DNA of 63,860 bases, filler included, from Octopus bimaculoides (GCF_001194135.2; 4 parts of 3 records of this genome joined end to end with filler, not necessarily neighbours in it); one strand, 5' to 3'. Numbered from the whole stretch's first letter, positions 1-13,226 are shown. The notes: generated from the letters alone by a model not told the origin. A program made the numbers and translations.

Positions 1-35
<35 letters not shown>

Positions 36-214
36 TTATTTATAGGGGTTAGTAAAGTTAGAGGTTGGAATATCCATCCAAGCCTTGACCTAATTACATT
101 CTCAAAGGATGTAGGGTTTGGGTTCGTTCAAGATGTTCTAAATATTATATTGTTGTGAAAAGGGGCAAACTATAAACCACACTAGCAACAAACATCTCCA
201 TCAATGATTAGACT

Positions 215-1170
215 GTTTCCCCTGTCTCTGACGAGGAATACTACAGGTATCTAACGGTGGATGAAAACATATCTTACAATGGCACCTGTAACAAAACACG
301 TGCTACAAAAGAGTATTACAGCCGAATAAAGAATATTTGGATCACAAAACTTTCTGCATTCAATAAAACAGCGGCCCATAGGGTGTTTCCAGTGCCAGTA
401 CTCATACCAACATTTGGGCTGCTTGATTGGCCGCTTAAAGAGATCCGAGCCGTTGATGTGAAAATCCGAAAAATATTTACAAGCACACATAATTTCCACA
501 TAAAGAGTGACGTAGACCGCTTAACATTGATCCAAAATATCTTTGAATGACGTATCATATCCCTTCGGCAACATCTTTTAACCACCAAGTATCGAAGTGC
601 ATCCCTTGACCAAATTTGCATACATGAGTCTGATAACATCAAAAGACTTGGAAGGCATCTCCTTGAGGAACGTTCTTTGTCTGATAACCTAGAATACATG
701 CTCAAAGAAATCGCACGACTCTACCGCAATGTATCATCAGATGAAAGCATGAGCCTATATGAGCAGAAGTCTATGCATGAATATATTAGTGGAAAGCTCC
801 GAGATGAAAATAACATCGATCATCAAAGCAGTTTATCATCGGCCAAGAGCCGAATTACTACCTCCCACTTTGAAGGGCATGTGTTTGTAATCCACGAACG
901 AGAAATACAAAAGGGACAGAGATGCAGGAAAAGCAGTAAAATGTGACAACTGATGCATACTTTATGGAGTTAACACCGAAGATATCACCTACATCATAAG
1001 GAGTTGTCCGAAAATGTCATCACGGTATTATCCACCGATGAAACACGATGTTGTAGCTAGGACACTCTATAATAAAATCCTTTGGAAAGATAACCTCGAG
1101 GGAAAAGAGATAAGAGCCCACAGTATTGTAGAAGCCATAGCCGCTCATAATAAAAAGGAGTAGTGGTGGA
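215..1170 (+). mobile_element. Decayed RLE-type non-LTR retrotransposon (R4/Dong-like), RT C-terminus to zinc-knuckle region
   Basis: ORF 257-550 (KEYYSRIKNIW..KLSAFNK..HRVFPVPVLIPTFGLLDWPLKEIRAVDVKIRKIF..HIKSDVDRL) matches the R4/Dong post-RT pattern. Further on are SHFEGHVFVIHEREI and a frameshifted C-x2-C..H..C..RHD-like region (~920-1050). Confidence 0.65.
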
Positions 1171-1237
1171 ATGCTCCATTGAAGACCTCAATGATATTTA
1201 AGCACACACACACACACACACATATATATATGATATA

Positions 1238-1562
1238 TATGATGAAAGTAAACAAAGTTTGTTTTTCGCAGGGTTGAGATGTATTGAAGGATACAAAAAT
1301 AAATTTTGCATTCTCAAACGCGTGATAGTGCCAATAAAATAGAGTGAACAGGATAAATTATCCATACATTGCAGAAAAATACGTTACCGGCCAGCCATGG
1401 GACACGAACTCACATCCTTGTAATTACGCGTCAAATGCTTTACCATTAAGCTAAACTGTCCAGTAATGAATTCTTCTGCAATTTTAGAATTTATAAATTT
1501 AGCTTCATAAGACGCTAACATTCAATTCAGCTTATGATGAAAGTAAGCAAAGTTTGTTTTCA
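1238..1562. repeat. Direct repeat pair (~28 bp) bracketing the tRNA-like sequence
   Basis: tatgatgaaagtaaacaaagtttgtttt at 1238 and tatgatgaaagtaagcaaagtttgtttt at 1533 (one mismatch). Confidence 0.85.
1389..1460 (-). tRNA. tRNA-Thr(CGT)-like pseudogene or element-embedded tRNA copy
   Basis: The reverse strand folds by hand into a cloverleaf: D-stem GCTT/AAGC, anticodon loop CGCGTAA, T-loop TTCGTGT. There are mismatches in the acceptor, anticodon and T stems, and U33 and A58 are altered, so it is probably non-functional. Confidence 0.55.
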
Positions 1563-1849
1563 GATGAGCCCCTGATTTTCATATCCCACAAACTATCTCG
1601 TTGGTAATGCTTTCCTGTAAATATGCTTAAATTTATTTGTTTTCCCAAATAGATAGCATTTCAGGTTTGAGTCTCTTATGAAACTCAACCAGTGAACTAC
1701 GAGTCCATGGGTATCATACAGAGGAAACAAACGTAAGCTAATAAAGTTCATAAAATAATCAATATCCTTCACAATATATATACACACGCACGCGGATACA
1801 CACACAGAGGCGCGAACACACACATACACATACATACATAAATACATCC

Positions 1850-1926
<77 letters not shown>

Positions 1927-3204
1927 ACGAAACAAATAAATGGAAGTTATATCTAATTTCTGTGTTATTATTGTTTGTTGCCTTCATGGAGTCAAAAATT
2001 TTGATGTTTAAATCGTAGAATATAATTACAAAATAGTTATTTTTAATGATGACAATGATTATGAAAATTATGATGAAATAATTGTTATTGCTGTTTTTCC
2101 TGTTGTTTTACATTCAATATTTCATAGACCTACGCGTGAACTTGCAATTTGTTACAGTCCGAAAGTTTGTTTTAAATATTCACAAAAAAACTACATATTG
2201 AACATTTTACAAACGACTGCAAACAATACACGAGAAGCAATACGCAACACAGATCAGACATGTTGTACAAGCACAAAATACACTATAGAACAACATATAC
2301 GAAATATATATAAAGCACATGCAGTAAACATATACGTTTGTATTATGAATGGACAAATATATACATATACATGCACACACACACACACACAAACACACAC
2401 ACTCACACAATTCAAATATGTATATACGTATATGTATATGCATACATTTAGTTATGTATATATATATGTGTGTGTGTGTGTGTTTGTGTGTGCATTATAT
2501 GTGTGCGTGTATGAATAAATTTGTATGCATGTGCATTTTGTGTGTGCAAGTGTGTCTGTTTCCTTTCTTTACTTCACTCTATCACACTGTTTTTCCTATC
2601 CTCAGTCTCTTTTGTTTGCATATATGCATATACGTACATACATGCATGCATAGATACATACATAAACTCACATATGCAGACACTTATACACAAACACACA
2701 CATGCAAACCCACGCTCACGCATACACACAGACAAACACACATCACACACATATATATATATATATGCTCAGACATATATTACATATAATCTTATAGGGC
2801 AAAACAGCAGAAAATAAAATAAAACTACTGTAAATATTGCAAAATAACAAACGCAACACAGCACACCACGCACAAAACAAACACGGAAAACAAACAATTA
2901 GTGGAGAGACAGATAAATGATACACAAAACAAACTAAACCACTACACATAAACAAGAAAATAAAACTAGAATACTATCGAAACAAATGGCAGAAAGTAAA
3001 AGTGGAAATAAATAAAAAAACAAGCAAACACATTTACAAAACTGTAAAAGAAAACTTTTATTCAAGTTTTAACATTTTGATGATTCATTATATAATGCAA
3101 GGTTTGAAAACTTTTTTTTTTTCTTGTTTTCCATTTCTATTAAATCAGAAAACTGCATGATTCAAAGTACGCTGTAATGGCCCCACCTTTATCTTTGCCT
3201 TGTT

Positions 3205-3289
3205 AAGTTATTATTATTATTATGATTATGATTATTATTAATATAAATGTTGTTATTATTATTATCATTATGATTATTATTAATATAAA

Positions 3290-3367
<78 letters not shown>

Positions 3368-3370
3368 TAC

Positions 3371-3418
<48 letters not shown>

Positions 3419-3428
3419 CATCATTATT
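3205..3428. repeat. (ATT)n compound microsatellite
   Basis: Directly visible; source of the poly-N/I/L ORFs. Confidence 0.95.
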
Positions 3429-4116
3429 AAATTTTTTTTTTTCAGTCTGCTCCGATACGTGGAAAAGAGCGGTTGGTGATAGACGGCGTAAGGTGTAATG
3501 GAAAAATGTTCGAAACACTTAGTGAAATATAAATCTAGTCAGATTCTGATTGTTTTACCCGGTGGCCCCCAACGAACCACTGTCTGATATTCCTTCCTCA
3601 ATTTTGGTTCATTACACCCGATATGCAATGACACGTCTGCTATCTTTTTAGTTGTGGAATAAAATATTCATAAAACTATTTTATATCATAATTAAAACCA
3701 AGGAAATGCAAGTATAACGAAACAGTGGGGATATAGGAGTGAGTAAGTAAAGAAGGATATATTGAAACTGAGGGAGGGAGAGGGAGAGCGAGAAATAGAG
3801 GGTGAGAAAAACATAGAAAGAGAGGGAAGGAGGTAAAAGATAAAGAAAATGATTAAAAACAACCTAGAACAAGGGGCAAACAAATATCTTTCCCCCAAAA
3901 CAACAGCGAAATTAGAACCCCACCCCTTGTTTGAAAAGATGGCCTCAACCAGGTAACGTAAATTATTTAGTTCGGCGCTGTACAGATCCTCCATTCAATT
4001 ACCTTATATGATAATAAGAGTTGTTGCAATTGCTAGAATTAGCCGACAAATCTATTTCAAAAACACACATATATATCTTTAAAGCGTACGACGTATTGAA
4101 TAACATTGTATTATAG

Positions 4117-4157
<41 letters not shown>

Positions 4158-4485
4158 TAGATAGATAGATATCGGAATAAAATCGGGTCGGCCACAACGG
4201 GAATACATTTCGTAGTAGCTTTGTTCAATCAAGTCTAATTTTGAGTTGAGATAAACAATAATGGAATCATAATAACATAAGAAGTAGGTCATATATCTTA
4301 GGAGAGTGGGGTACATGAGTCGATTTACGTAATCACAAGAGATGATTGGAACGTATTTTACCGATCGAGTAGGAAGAAAGCACATCTTTGCCGATTTTAC
4401 CACTGACTACCAACTATATCTATAGGATGACTAACAAGTCGTCTAAGGATTTAAAACTATCAAAAAAAAAAAGATTAGAAATAAT

Positions 4486-4493
4486 TACTACTA

Positions 4494-4570
<77 letters not shown>

Positions 4571-4582
4571 ACAACAACAACA

Positions 4583-4633
<51 letters not shown>

Positions 4634-4645
4634 ACAACAACAACA

Positions 4646-4701
<56 letters not shown>

Positions 4702-4712
4702 AACTACTACTA
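4486..4712. repeat. (CTA)n/(CTG)n/(ACA)n compound microsatellite
   Basis: Directly visible; source of the poly-T/A/V ORFs. Confidence 0.95.
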
Positions 4713-5546
4713 AACTAGTATCCATAACAGCCATATTAACTGTTTTACATTGGTAAAGATCCTCAAATTCGTTGCATTTTAAGACTGGTGCTCGAGATAA
4801 TAGTAGAAATAATGCTGAATATATCTTGTTGCTTAGTACCAGATCGACTACAATCAAGCAAGGGTGCTCAAGTAGTGACCATGCTCTATGTTTGTAAAAC
4901 AAAGAATTTTGTATATTCTTCATTATTAAGATACGTCTAGAGTTATGTCCACACAGTTTCATATCTTGGAATTCTACCCCACAATATTCAGACACTAGCT
5001 ATAGAAAGTAATCAAGTTCACCAGAAAATACGTCTATAGTGACCAAGCCAAATCTGAGTTAATTTTGTATGCGCGTAAAACTCTGCTTTTTAGTAAGTCT
5101 TCACCATGGGCCAGGAAATCCGAGCTGGACGAACTGCTCTAAACATATCGTTCGAATCATATACTGTATTGACATATTTGATCTAGTACCCATGATGGCC
5201 AATAGATATCTTTACGAAAACCATATATCCTCTTTAACTTCATACGTATTTAAACACTTACTAGCCTACCATAACCCAAGTTATAAACTTAAGTACATAC
5301 ACTGTCTTGCAACACTCTTATCGTCTTTAGAAAACTTATTGCTAAGATTTGTAATATACCATATAATTTCTCTTTCGCTAAAGAAATTTTCGATAAGGAA
5401 AATCCCTATAAATTATCGGTAAGGGCCTAGCATGAACCAAACATGAAAATAGACCCAAGAAAGTGATATGGTCCTCCGTCAAAATTTCTTGAATATTAGG
5501 ACTATTTGCATTATTTACATTATTTGTCCTCATCTTGTTTGTTGTT

Positions 5547-5592
5547 AACACAACGTTTCGGCTGATATACCCTCCAGCCTTCTTCGGGTGTC
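5547..5592 (-). ncRNA. Minimal type I hammerhead ribozyme motif (core variant CCGAAGA) in a 5'-truncated repeat copy
   Basis: Reverse strand reads GACAC-CCGAAGA-A-GGCTG-GAGGGTATAT-CAGCC-GAAA-CG-TT-GTGTT. Flanks are homologous to 8497-8575. Confidence 0.65.
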
Positions 5593-5888
5593 TTGGGGAA
5601 ATTTCTTCCTCTCATCATCATTTCTCGCTCTCTTTCTCTCTTATTTCCCCACGGAGTGTTCATCCCATTTCAACCAAAACGATTGAAAGATCATGCATCG
5701 TATATTATACAAGCCCGACCGATTACTGCAATATCCCAGCATGAAACTTGAAGGAGGACTCATATAATTCCTCTATTCATTACATTATAACCACACACAC
5801 TCATACACACAGAGACACACACGAATACATAAGTACATATGTCTTCTCCCCCTCCCTCTTTTTCCTCTTATTCTTCTTCTTCTTCTTC

Positions 5889-5967
<79 letters not shown>

Positions 5968-6033
5968 AGTATAGTCGAATTCATTAGATATTTCAATACT
6001 GCAAATATTCAACATTTTAGGCGACTACTGTGG

Positions 6034-6073
<40 letters not shown>

Positions 6074-6656
6074 CTGTGTGTATGTATGTCTATGTATGCA
6101 TGTGTAAGTTTGTGTGTATGTGCAGGTAAGCAACGACTGTACATTACAGAGTACGAACATTTAGTTTATGTAAATAATAAACAAATATTTTCAGTCTGCG
6201 AGTGAACTGAATGTTGCGTTCGAAATGAGGCAAAAAAAATCTCACAAAAATAACGACAACAAAATGCGGTGTTGGTGGGTGAACCGGTGAGATAACAAAG
6301 AAAATAGCAATATATAATATTGAATAATAGTGAAAGTGAAATAAAGAAGAAAACGAATAGAAAAGAAATGCGCATAATAAAACGAAAACATATGACAATA
6401 ACAGCGAAAAACAATTGATTTTTGAAAACTTCAAAATACCTAATATTAAAAGCCTTGCAAAGAAATATATGTGTTGCTGCTGCATGTAGTGGAAACTGGA
6501 ATAATGCTTGGGCTGATAAATAGATAGAGTAATAATTACAGGGGTAGAAGGTGGGGAAGGAAAGCAAAAGAGAAAGAAAGTAATCGTAAAAATCAATACG
6601 CGAATATGACAAGGAGATAATGAGAGAAATAATCTCGTAAACACACACACACACAA

Positions 6657-6704
<48 letters not shown>

Positions 6705-7002
6705 NNNNNNNNNNNNNNNNNNNNNNNNNNNNNNNNNNNNNNNNNNNNNNNNNNNNNNNNNNNNNNNNNNNNNNNNNNNNNNNNNNNNNNNNNNNNNNNN
6801 NNNNNNNNNNNNNNNNNNNNNNNNNNNNNNNNNNNNNNNNNNNNNNNNNNNNNNNNNNNNNNNNNNNNNNNNNNNNNNNNNNNNNNNNNNNNNNNNNNNN
6901 NNNNNNNNNNNNNNNNNNNNNNNNNNNNNNNNTATATATATATATACAGAAGTATATATGTGCATAAGTGTGCATACGCATTCGTATACACACACACACA
7001 TC

Positions 7003-7107
<105 letters not shown>

Positions 7108-7192
7108 TATATTTATAAATATATGTATATTTATATGTATATACATGCATATATATATATATGTATGTGTGTGTATATATACGTAATTATGC

Positions 7193-7229
<37 letters not shown>

Positions 7230-8362
7230 ACAAGCGACAATAGATGAACAGTAAAGATAAAGTGAAAGAGTAAAAGTGAAGTAAAACGAATAATAAAAGA
7301 ATAGAAGGGAACAGTGGAGAAGAGACACAGTGGAGTATTGGGAATGGAGACATAGTAAATGTAACAACATGAAGAAATATATAAAACGTACAGTCAAACT
7401 ATGAATCAGATAAATAAACACACCCGTATACATATACGTCATGTTTAAAGCACTTAATTTGCAAAATGCTGACAATTTCTGATTCTGTAAACACTCTTGT
7501 AGCATAAATAAAAATGTCCAGTTATAAAATGCATGTAAAATTCCATTTTAGTGTTTCTATCTCATCAACCATACAAATTGATATATAGACACAAACACAC
7601 ATGCATACATTTTAAACAATAAATTTGTATTTTGTCAGGTGTACACATTCATTTGTATCCTGTTATATGGAAATCGGATTACATGTAAACTTATGATTTA
7701 ACTGAAAATAAAACAGCATAAGTTTATTAAAACGCTCGGAATTTATCAGAAAATCATGTAGAAACGATCCTTCAAAAATGGCGGCTATTTCGAATCAGAC
7801 GTATTAAATGAAATTTTATATAGTTTTATTTAATTTCCATTTCCTCCATGCTATTCAATATTCAATAGACGTTGGACTGTTTAATCTTAACTTCCTTCAA
7901 GTAATATATTAGATGTCTAAGATATGGAAGAAAAACCGAACGTTATAATTTATTAATACATTTTAGTTTTGGTTCATTTTAAGAATAATATTCAATATAA
8001 CTAAAGAGATAAAATTCTTTGACAAAAGAAAAACATTGGTGGAAGATCATTCTACCTTTCTAAGTTATAAAAATGTAACATCAAATTCTATTTGTCTATA
8101 AATACGTACATATAAAGATAAATTATTTAAACCGTTATAAGACCAACTTATTTTAGTAAGAAACAAATTTTGCGATCTGATAAATAGAAATCGGTAATAT
8201 AAGTTTCAGAATCAAATATGCACTGGGTGTGTAAGAGAATTAAAACGCTTGCAAATGATGCCCCTGCCGAACCACATTCTAAAGACTTAATTCTGTAAAA
8301 AAGAACAAAGTAAAATACACTCACTTTATAAGCCCTAAAAATTCAATCCATAACTGCCCACA

Positions 8363-8625
8363 GGCATATGGTGTAGTGGTTAAGAGCGCGGGTTACTAAC
8401 CCAATCTTCCGAGTTCGATTCCAGGCTGTGACCTGAATAATAATAATAATATTATTAATAATAATAATATCGAAAAATACCTTAGGAATGAGAGTTTCCC
8501 CAAGACATCTGATGAAGGCTGGAGGGTATATCAGCCGAAACGTTATGTTAAAAAAGAAGATGAGGACAAATATCCGTCAAATGTAAATAATGTACATAAT
8601 TCCTCATCTCATTAATATAGAATTG
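8363..8625 (+). mobile_element. tRNA-derived SINE-like unit: Pol III head + (AAT)n spacer + hammerhead module
   Basis: A-box TGGTGTAGTGG (8369), B-box GTTCGATTCC (8413), AAT repeat 8437-8468, then a segment homologous to 5515-5606 (-). Confidence 0.7.
8504..8549 (+). ncRNA. Minimal type I hammerhead ribozyme motif (Penelope-type)
   Basis: GACAT (stem I) - CTGATGA core - A - GGCTG/CAGCC stem II with 10-nt loop - GAAA - CG - TT - ATGTT (stem I partner). Stem III is reduced to palindromic ACGT. Confidence 0.75.
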
Positions 8626-8859
8626 TAAAATACACTTATCAACATAAATAAGTACATACAATGCCACGTTCTACTTACTGCACAGTTAATTTTCATTCCG
8701 CGTTCTATTCCAGTCGACACATCCCTCAGTTCTTCGTCACCTTCAAACTACCATGTCTCTTTATTCGTTCCCAGAAAGACAACAATCCGAAATTCACTTA
8801 CTACTCATGGTATCCTTCGGGCATCAAAGTACAAATGAACAGTAACGATAAAATCTTTT

Positions 8860-9040
8860 CTTTATTTGTTTCAGTCATTTGACTGTAGCCATGCTGGAGC
8901 ACTGCCTTTAGTCGAACAAATCTACCCCAGGACTTATTCTTTGTAATCCTAGTACTTATTTTATCGGTGGTTACGGGGACGTAAGCACACCAACATCAGT
9001 TGTCATGCGATGGTGGGTGGGGGCAAACACAGACACACAA
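8860..9040 (-). mobile_element. SINE family A (tRNA head, CORE-like middle), 3' fragment
   Basis: Reverse complement of the family tail ...gcggtgctccagcatggccgcagtcaaatgactgaaac seen in full copies at 34276 and 56645. Confidence 0.85.
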
Positions 9041-9074
9041 ACATATTCATATATATATATATATATATATGTCG

Positions 9075-9440
9075 AACAGATAGAAAGTGATCAATCCTAT
9101 GTCTGTGTCCAACCATTACTCTGTTGTTCACACCAATTAACATTTTTCAAGTAGAGCTATCTAGATGCTATCTCAGCAACCTCTACGTGTTCTTCATGAA
9201 TCTTCTGTCCAGTCACCTAATGCATATAGTTCCAAAGGCCTTACTCAGTATATGATTTGCGAACGCTCCACTATCAGCCTCCACTGGCAAGTACATCAAT
9301 CTCCACCCATTTATGCGGCAGCACTTTAGCAACTCCAGGCATTTAACTTTTTTTCCCCTCTTGCGCTCATCCATTATCTTTTATATTTTACTCCAAAGAT
9401 TTAACTGCTTTATACTTTTGAAAACCAGGATGCTCTCTTG
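9075..9440 (-). mobile_element. HERO-like RLE non-LTR retrotransposon, C-terminal remnant
   Basis: Reverse translation ERKRGKKVKCLELLKCCRINGWRLMYLPVEADSGAFANHILSKAFGT resembles the ERKRAKY..C...GW....PVEVG.RGF C-terminus; frameshifts and stops present. Confidence 0.6.
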
Positions 9441-12400
9441 TTCTGGGTGATATATGGCTGAAAATTTTAACCTTTTATCATCCAGTCCTCTGCTGTGGAG
9501 TGAAAAATCTTATCATTTTGTATGATCAGACCACATTTTGCAACGTATCCTTCTTTTAATGCATTGTGGTGTGATACGAGAGACAGATGTGGGTATTTTT
9601 GTTTCTACTAGGGCCAGTGACTGTGTACAGAGCCACTCGTTAGATTGAATATCGAAATTATTTGTGACTTTCGTTATTTGAGAGTCGGAAATGATTGGAA
9701 CAAAAAAAAAAAAGGAAACGTGATCTCACACAAAGTTTATAAAATATAAACATGAACTAACAAGACTGCACCTTAAAACTATTGAAAGCTCCAAATAGCA
9801 AAACTATGTTTAAATGCATTAAATAATTTCATAAATTGTAGAAAAAATATTTTAGATGTGTGACAAGCATACAAATATCAAAACATTTTAATGTCAGTTA
9901 ACTTAGAAACATTACGTAACTGATTTAGCACCATTTGAAATTACATAAGAATGTGCATCTTAATTTTGCATTTTGATGCTTGCGCAGCACAGTTATCAGT
10001 TAGCATGAGTTTGTACAGGATTTATTTACACCAAGATTAACGACACTCTTTTCAAGGAGTGGTGTAGTACATATTGGTACTATCTCGTGCTTCTCTCTAT
10101 CCGGCCTTGATCCAAGGGTTCTTTACAAACTTCATTGGGTCTTGAGCTATAATCCAAATTTATTGGAATCAAACTTATTGGTATATTACTCTAAGGCTTC
10201 ACTTGTTCGAAGTATTTTTCTCCATCCCTGGTCATGTGGTAAAGCATCAGCATACTCTGGGTGAAATGTATACGATTACAACCGGCAGACAAACTACGAT
10301 ATATGCTCTTTCAGTTGTGGTAAAATATAATACAGGGGGCTAGCGGCGGTTAGAAATTTCCTTAGCCTTTAAACAGTGTCATTTTTCCCAAAACTTGAAA
10401 GCTGCTCTGCAGTCGAACTCAGAGAAATCCTAAAACAAGAGTGATCGCTTTGCATGTTGTATCTCCTAAGGATGAGACAATTAGACTGAGGAAGTCAATT
10501 TTCTTTCCAAGTTTTGAATGAAATCCAGATGTCTGCTACTAAGTTTCCAATGATGCATTAATACTTATATTGACAGTGTTATTATCTTGGAACTATGCCT
10601 CTTCTTGTTAACTAATTTTGTAAGATGTAATGTCAGCTTTTTTTAACCTTGCCAATACCAAACAAGATGTCATAACATTTCCTCCCTTACCTCTGTTCCA
10701 TCTGTGTCAGTATGTGAAACTAACCCCAGGCAATCTATTTTTTCTGCCCATGGACAGACACTTCATGAAATAATCAGTAAAGCACTATCCCTGGATAATA
10801 GTCGTTTTAGTATGTGAATTAGTCCCAACCTACAATTACAATAAATTAATAAGAATCTCGTGTTAGTAAATCGTACTCTCAGTCAAATTATTCGCTGGAA
10901 TAATTTCCACAATGCAGGTCAACAAATGTCATTTAGTACCAGAATTTATCCTTCACCATAAAGTGCTTAAGAGTATGAGGAGGGGACTTGACAGAAAAAT
11001 CTTCCCAATTTACTTACTACCAAGGATGTTTAGTGCAACAAATACCTGTCACTAATACATCGGAATAGCTTTAATGCTGTATTTTTTCTTAAGCATTTTC
11101 TTCTGCTGTGACTACTGTTTGTGGGAAACGGATTTTTCTGTTATAGGTAGGAATTATCGAGATGTCATTTTTACCAAACATTCTTGAAATTATACTTCAT
11201 GTACATATCGTACGAAATTTGATGATTTTATTTTTGTTCCTAAGAATTGTTGAACTATGTCTAAAATAAAATGTTGCTAAATGGTATACGCTGATGTAAA
11301 AACTATTTGAAAGTAAAATACACGAAATATGTTCTGCCTAGGTCACAACTGAAGCGTTAGAGCCATTTGAATAGCGTCCCTTTCTTTACAATCACAATCT
11401 CATGAACTTGGCTTCCACATTCTCCACACTACTGAACCGTTCAATGTTCACACATACTAAAGCTGTTATTTAGATCGTTACTTTAATATGAGAAAAAGTC
11501 AATATTTTTTTCATCACAAAGAAGTAAGAATAAAATTGTTCACATTTTGGTGCCCTACTATATCACAGTGCAACTCCATCTACAGTGACCTTATATACTT
11601 ATAATTTTGTTGTTTTTTTTGGTGGGGTTATAGTCAAAAGGTCAGAAATCATTTCTCGCAGCAATCGTATTTACATTAGTTAATAAAACTCACGTAACTG
11701 ATTCCTCGGATATGCAAACATTGTGTGCCTTTCTCTCTATACTAAGTACTGTCTCCACTTCTTACTCTCCCCCATAGGTTTGAGTTATGAAAACTCATCA
11801 AATGTTATTTAATATAATACAGAATTTGATGCTGACATTCTAAGCAATATATTCCGATGGAGATTGTGGGTCCCCAAATCCACTGGATTGTAGGAAGTGA
11901 CACATGAACTTGCATTTATTTACTGCTTTGCATGGAAAACCCTGTAACCTCTACTCATAGAAGTTAAAACTGTGTTCCATTTAAAAGTTAAACAAATTGG
12001 TAACTTGCAGCGCAATATTAGATTAAAATACATACAGTTACATACACAGTTGTATACATGTGTATATATGCGCTGTATGAAGTATATATGTACATGCATG
12101 AAAACAGACTAATTATCATTTTGCTGGTTATTTTATTTCATGTTAAAATAGTATTCATAAGATCTTGGTATATTTGGACAATAGAGTAAAAAAATAACCC
12201 AGCAAGATTTAATGTGAGTTCTGCAAATTTCGCATGTAAAAATGTGCAACGAAAGGGTGATATACTTTTCGTAACTAAAGAATGTGACTCTGTTAAGTAA
12301 AAGTCAGAGGGGTATACAATCGTATGTTTTACTGAAGGAATACAAAATAAATCCGAAAAGAAAAATAAGTGTATATATTATGCAACACAGTATGTGGTAT

Positions 12401-13131
12401 ATTACACTTTGCATATGAAAATATGATTCATTGCAAAAAAAAAAAAAATCTTTTCTGCTACTGCCCAAGTTAATTAGAACACCTGAATACCAGTTCTACT
12501 ATTGCAACTGGATTATGTCACATGCTGCGTAGTATAATATATAATTAACCTTAGTTAATATTATTTTTGTTTTGTTGAGGCAAAATCACATTTTATGCAC
12601 TTTTTAATAAGGTATACTTACTTCAATAACTGCACTTGATTCAGTTAAATTTAGTCTGCAAAGAAAGTGAGAGACAGAGAGAGGGGGAGAGACTGAGGGA
12701 GAGAGAGAGAAAGAGTTAAAGAAGAAAGTAAGACGTGCCGTATCATCACAATAGAGAGTTACTAAGTTTGTGTTCCCATTGAACAAGGTTATAAAATAAA
12801 ATAATGTTCATGTTTAACTATGTATTCGGACGCATGGACACAGTGTACAGTGTATATGATATCATTATTTCATATTGCCTCAACAAAGAAATTACAAGAA
12901 TAAAATCTAACTCCATCCTCTATGTCATTCAATGATTACATAAATACATGTTCAACTACTCTTTGCTAATAAGGTTTAGAATGATCAAAACATGCATAGT
13001 TGTCTTCGTATTTGCCAAATATTGGATTCACCCCGAATTCTTGCCCCTAATTATTTCAAATCAATTTAAATTTCGAAGTTATCTCCCTTCCTCTTTAGAA
13101 CAAACAAATCCTAACATAATCACAGGGCCGT

Positions 13132-13175
<44 letters not shown>

Positions 13176-13194
13176 GCTACTACTACTACTACTG

Positions 13195-13226
<32 letters not shown>

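Noticed and set aside
3446-3487. Possible 42-nt + strand exon SAPIRGKERLVIDG between tttcag and gtaagg
   Set aside because: The polypyrimidine tract comes from adjacent low-complexity sequence; unsupported.
4190-4995. Non-repetitive parts of ORFs 3999-4403 and 4420-4995 (-)
   Set aside because: No recognisable domain; lengths are inflated by adjacent microsatellites.
10000-11200. Coding-like decayed stretch on the minus strand (LPGVSFT..GKG, faintly transposase-like)
   Set aside because: Multiple stops and no motif strong enough to assign without a search.
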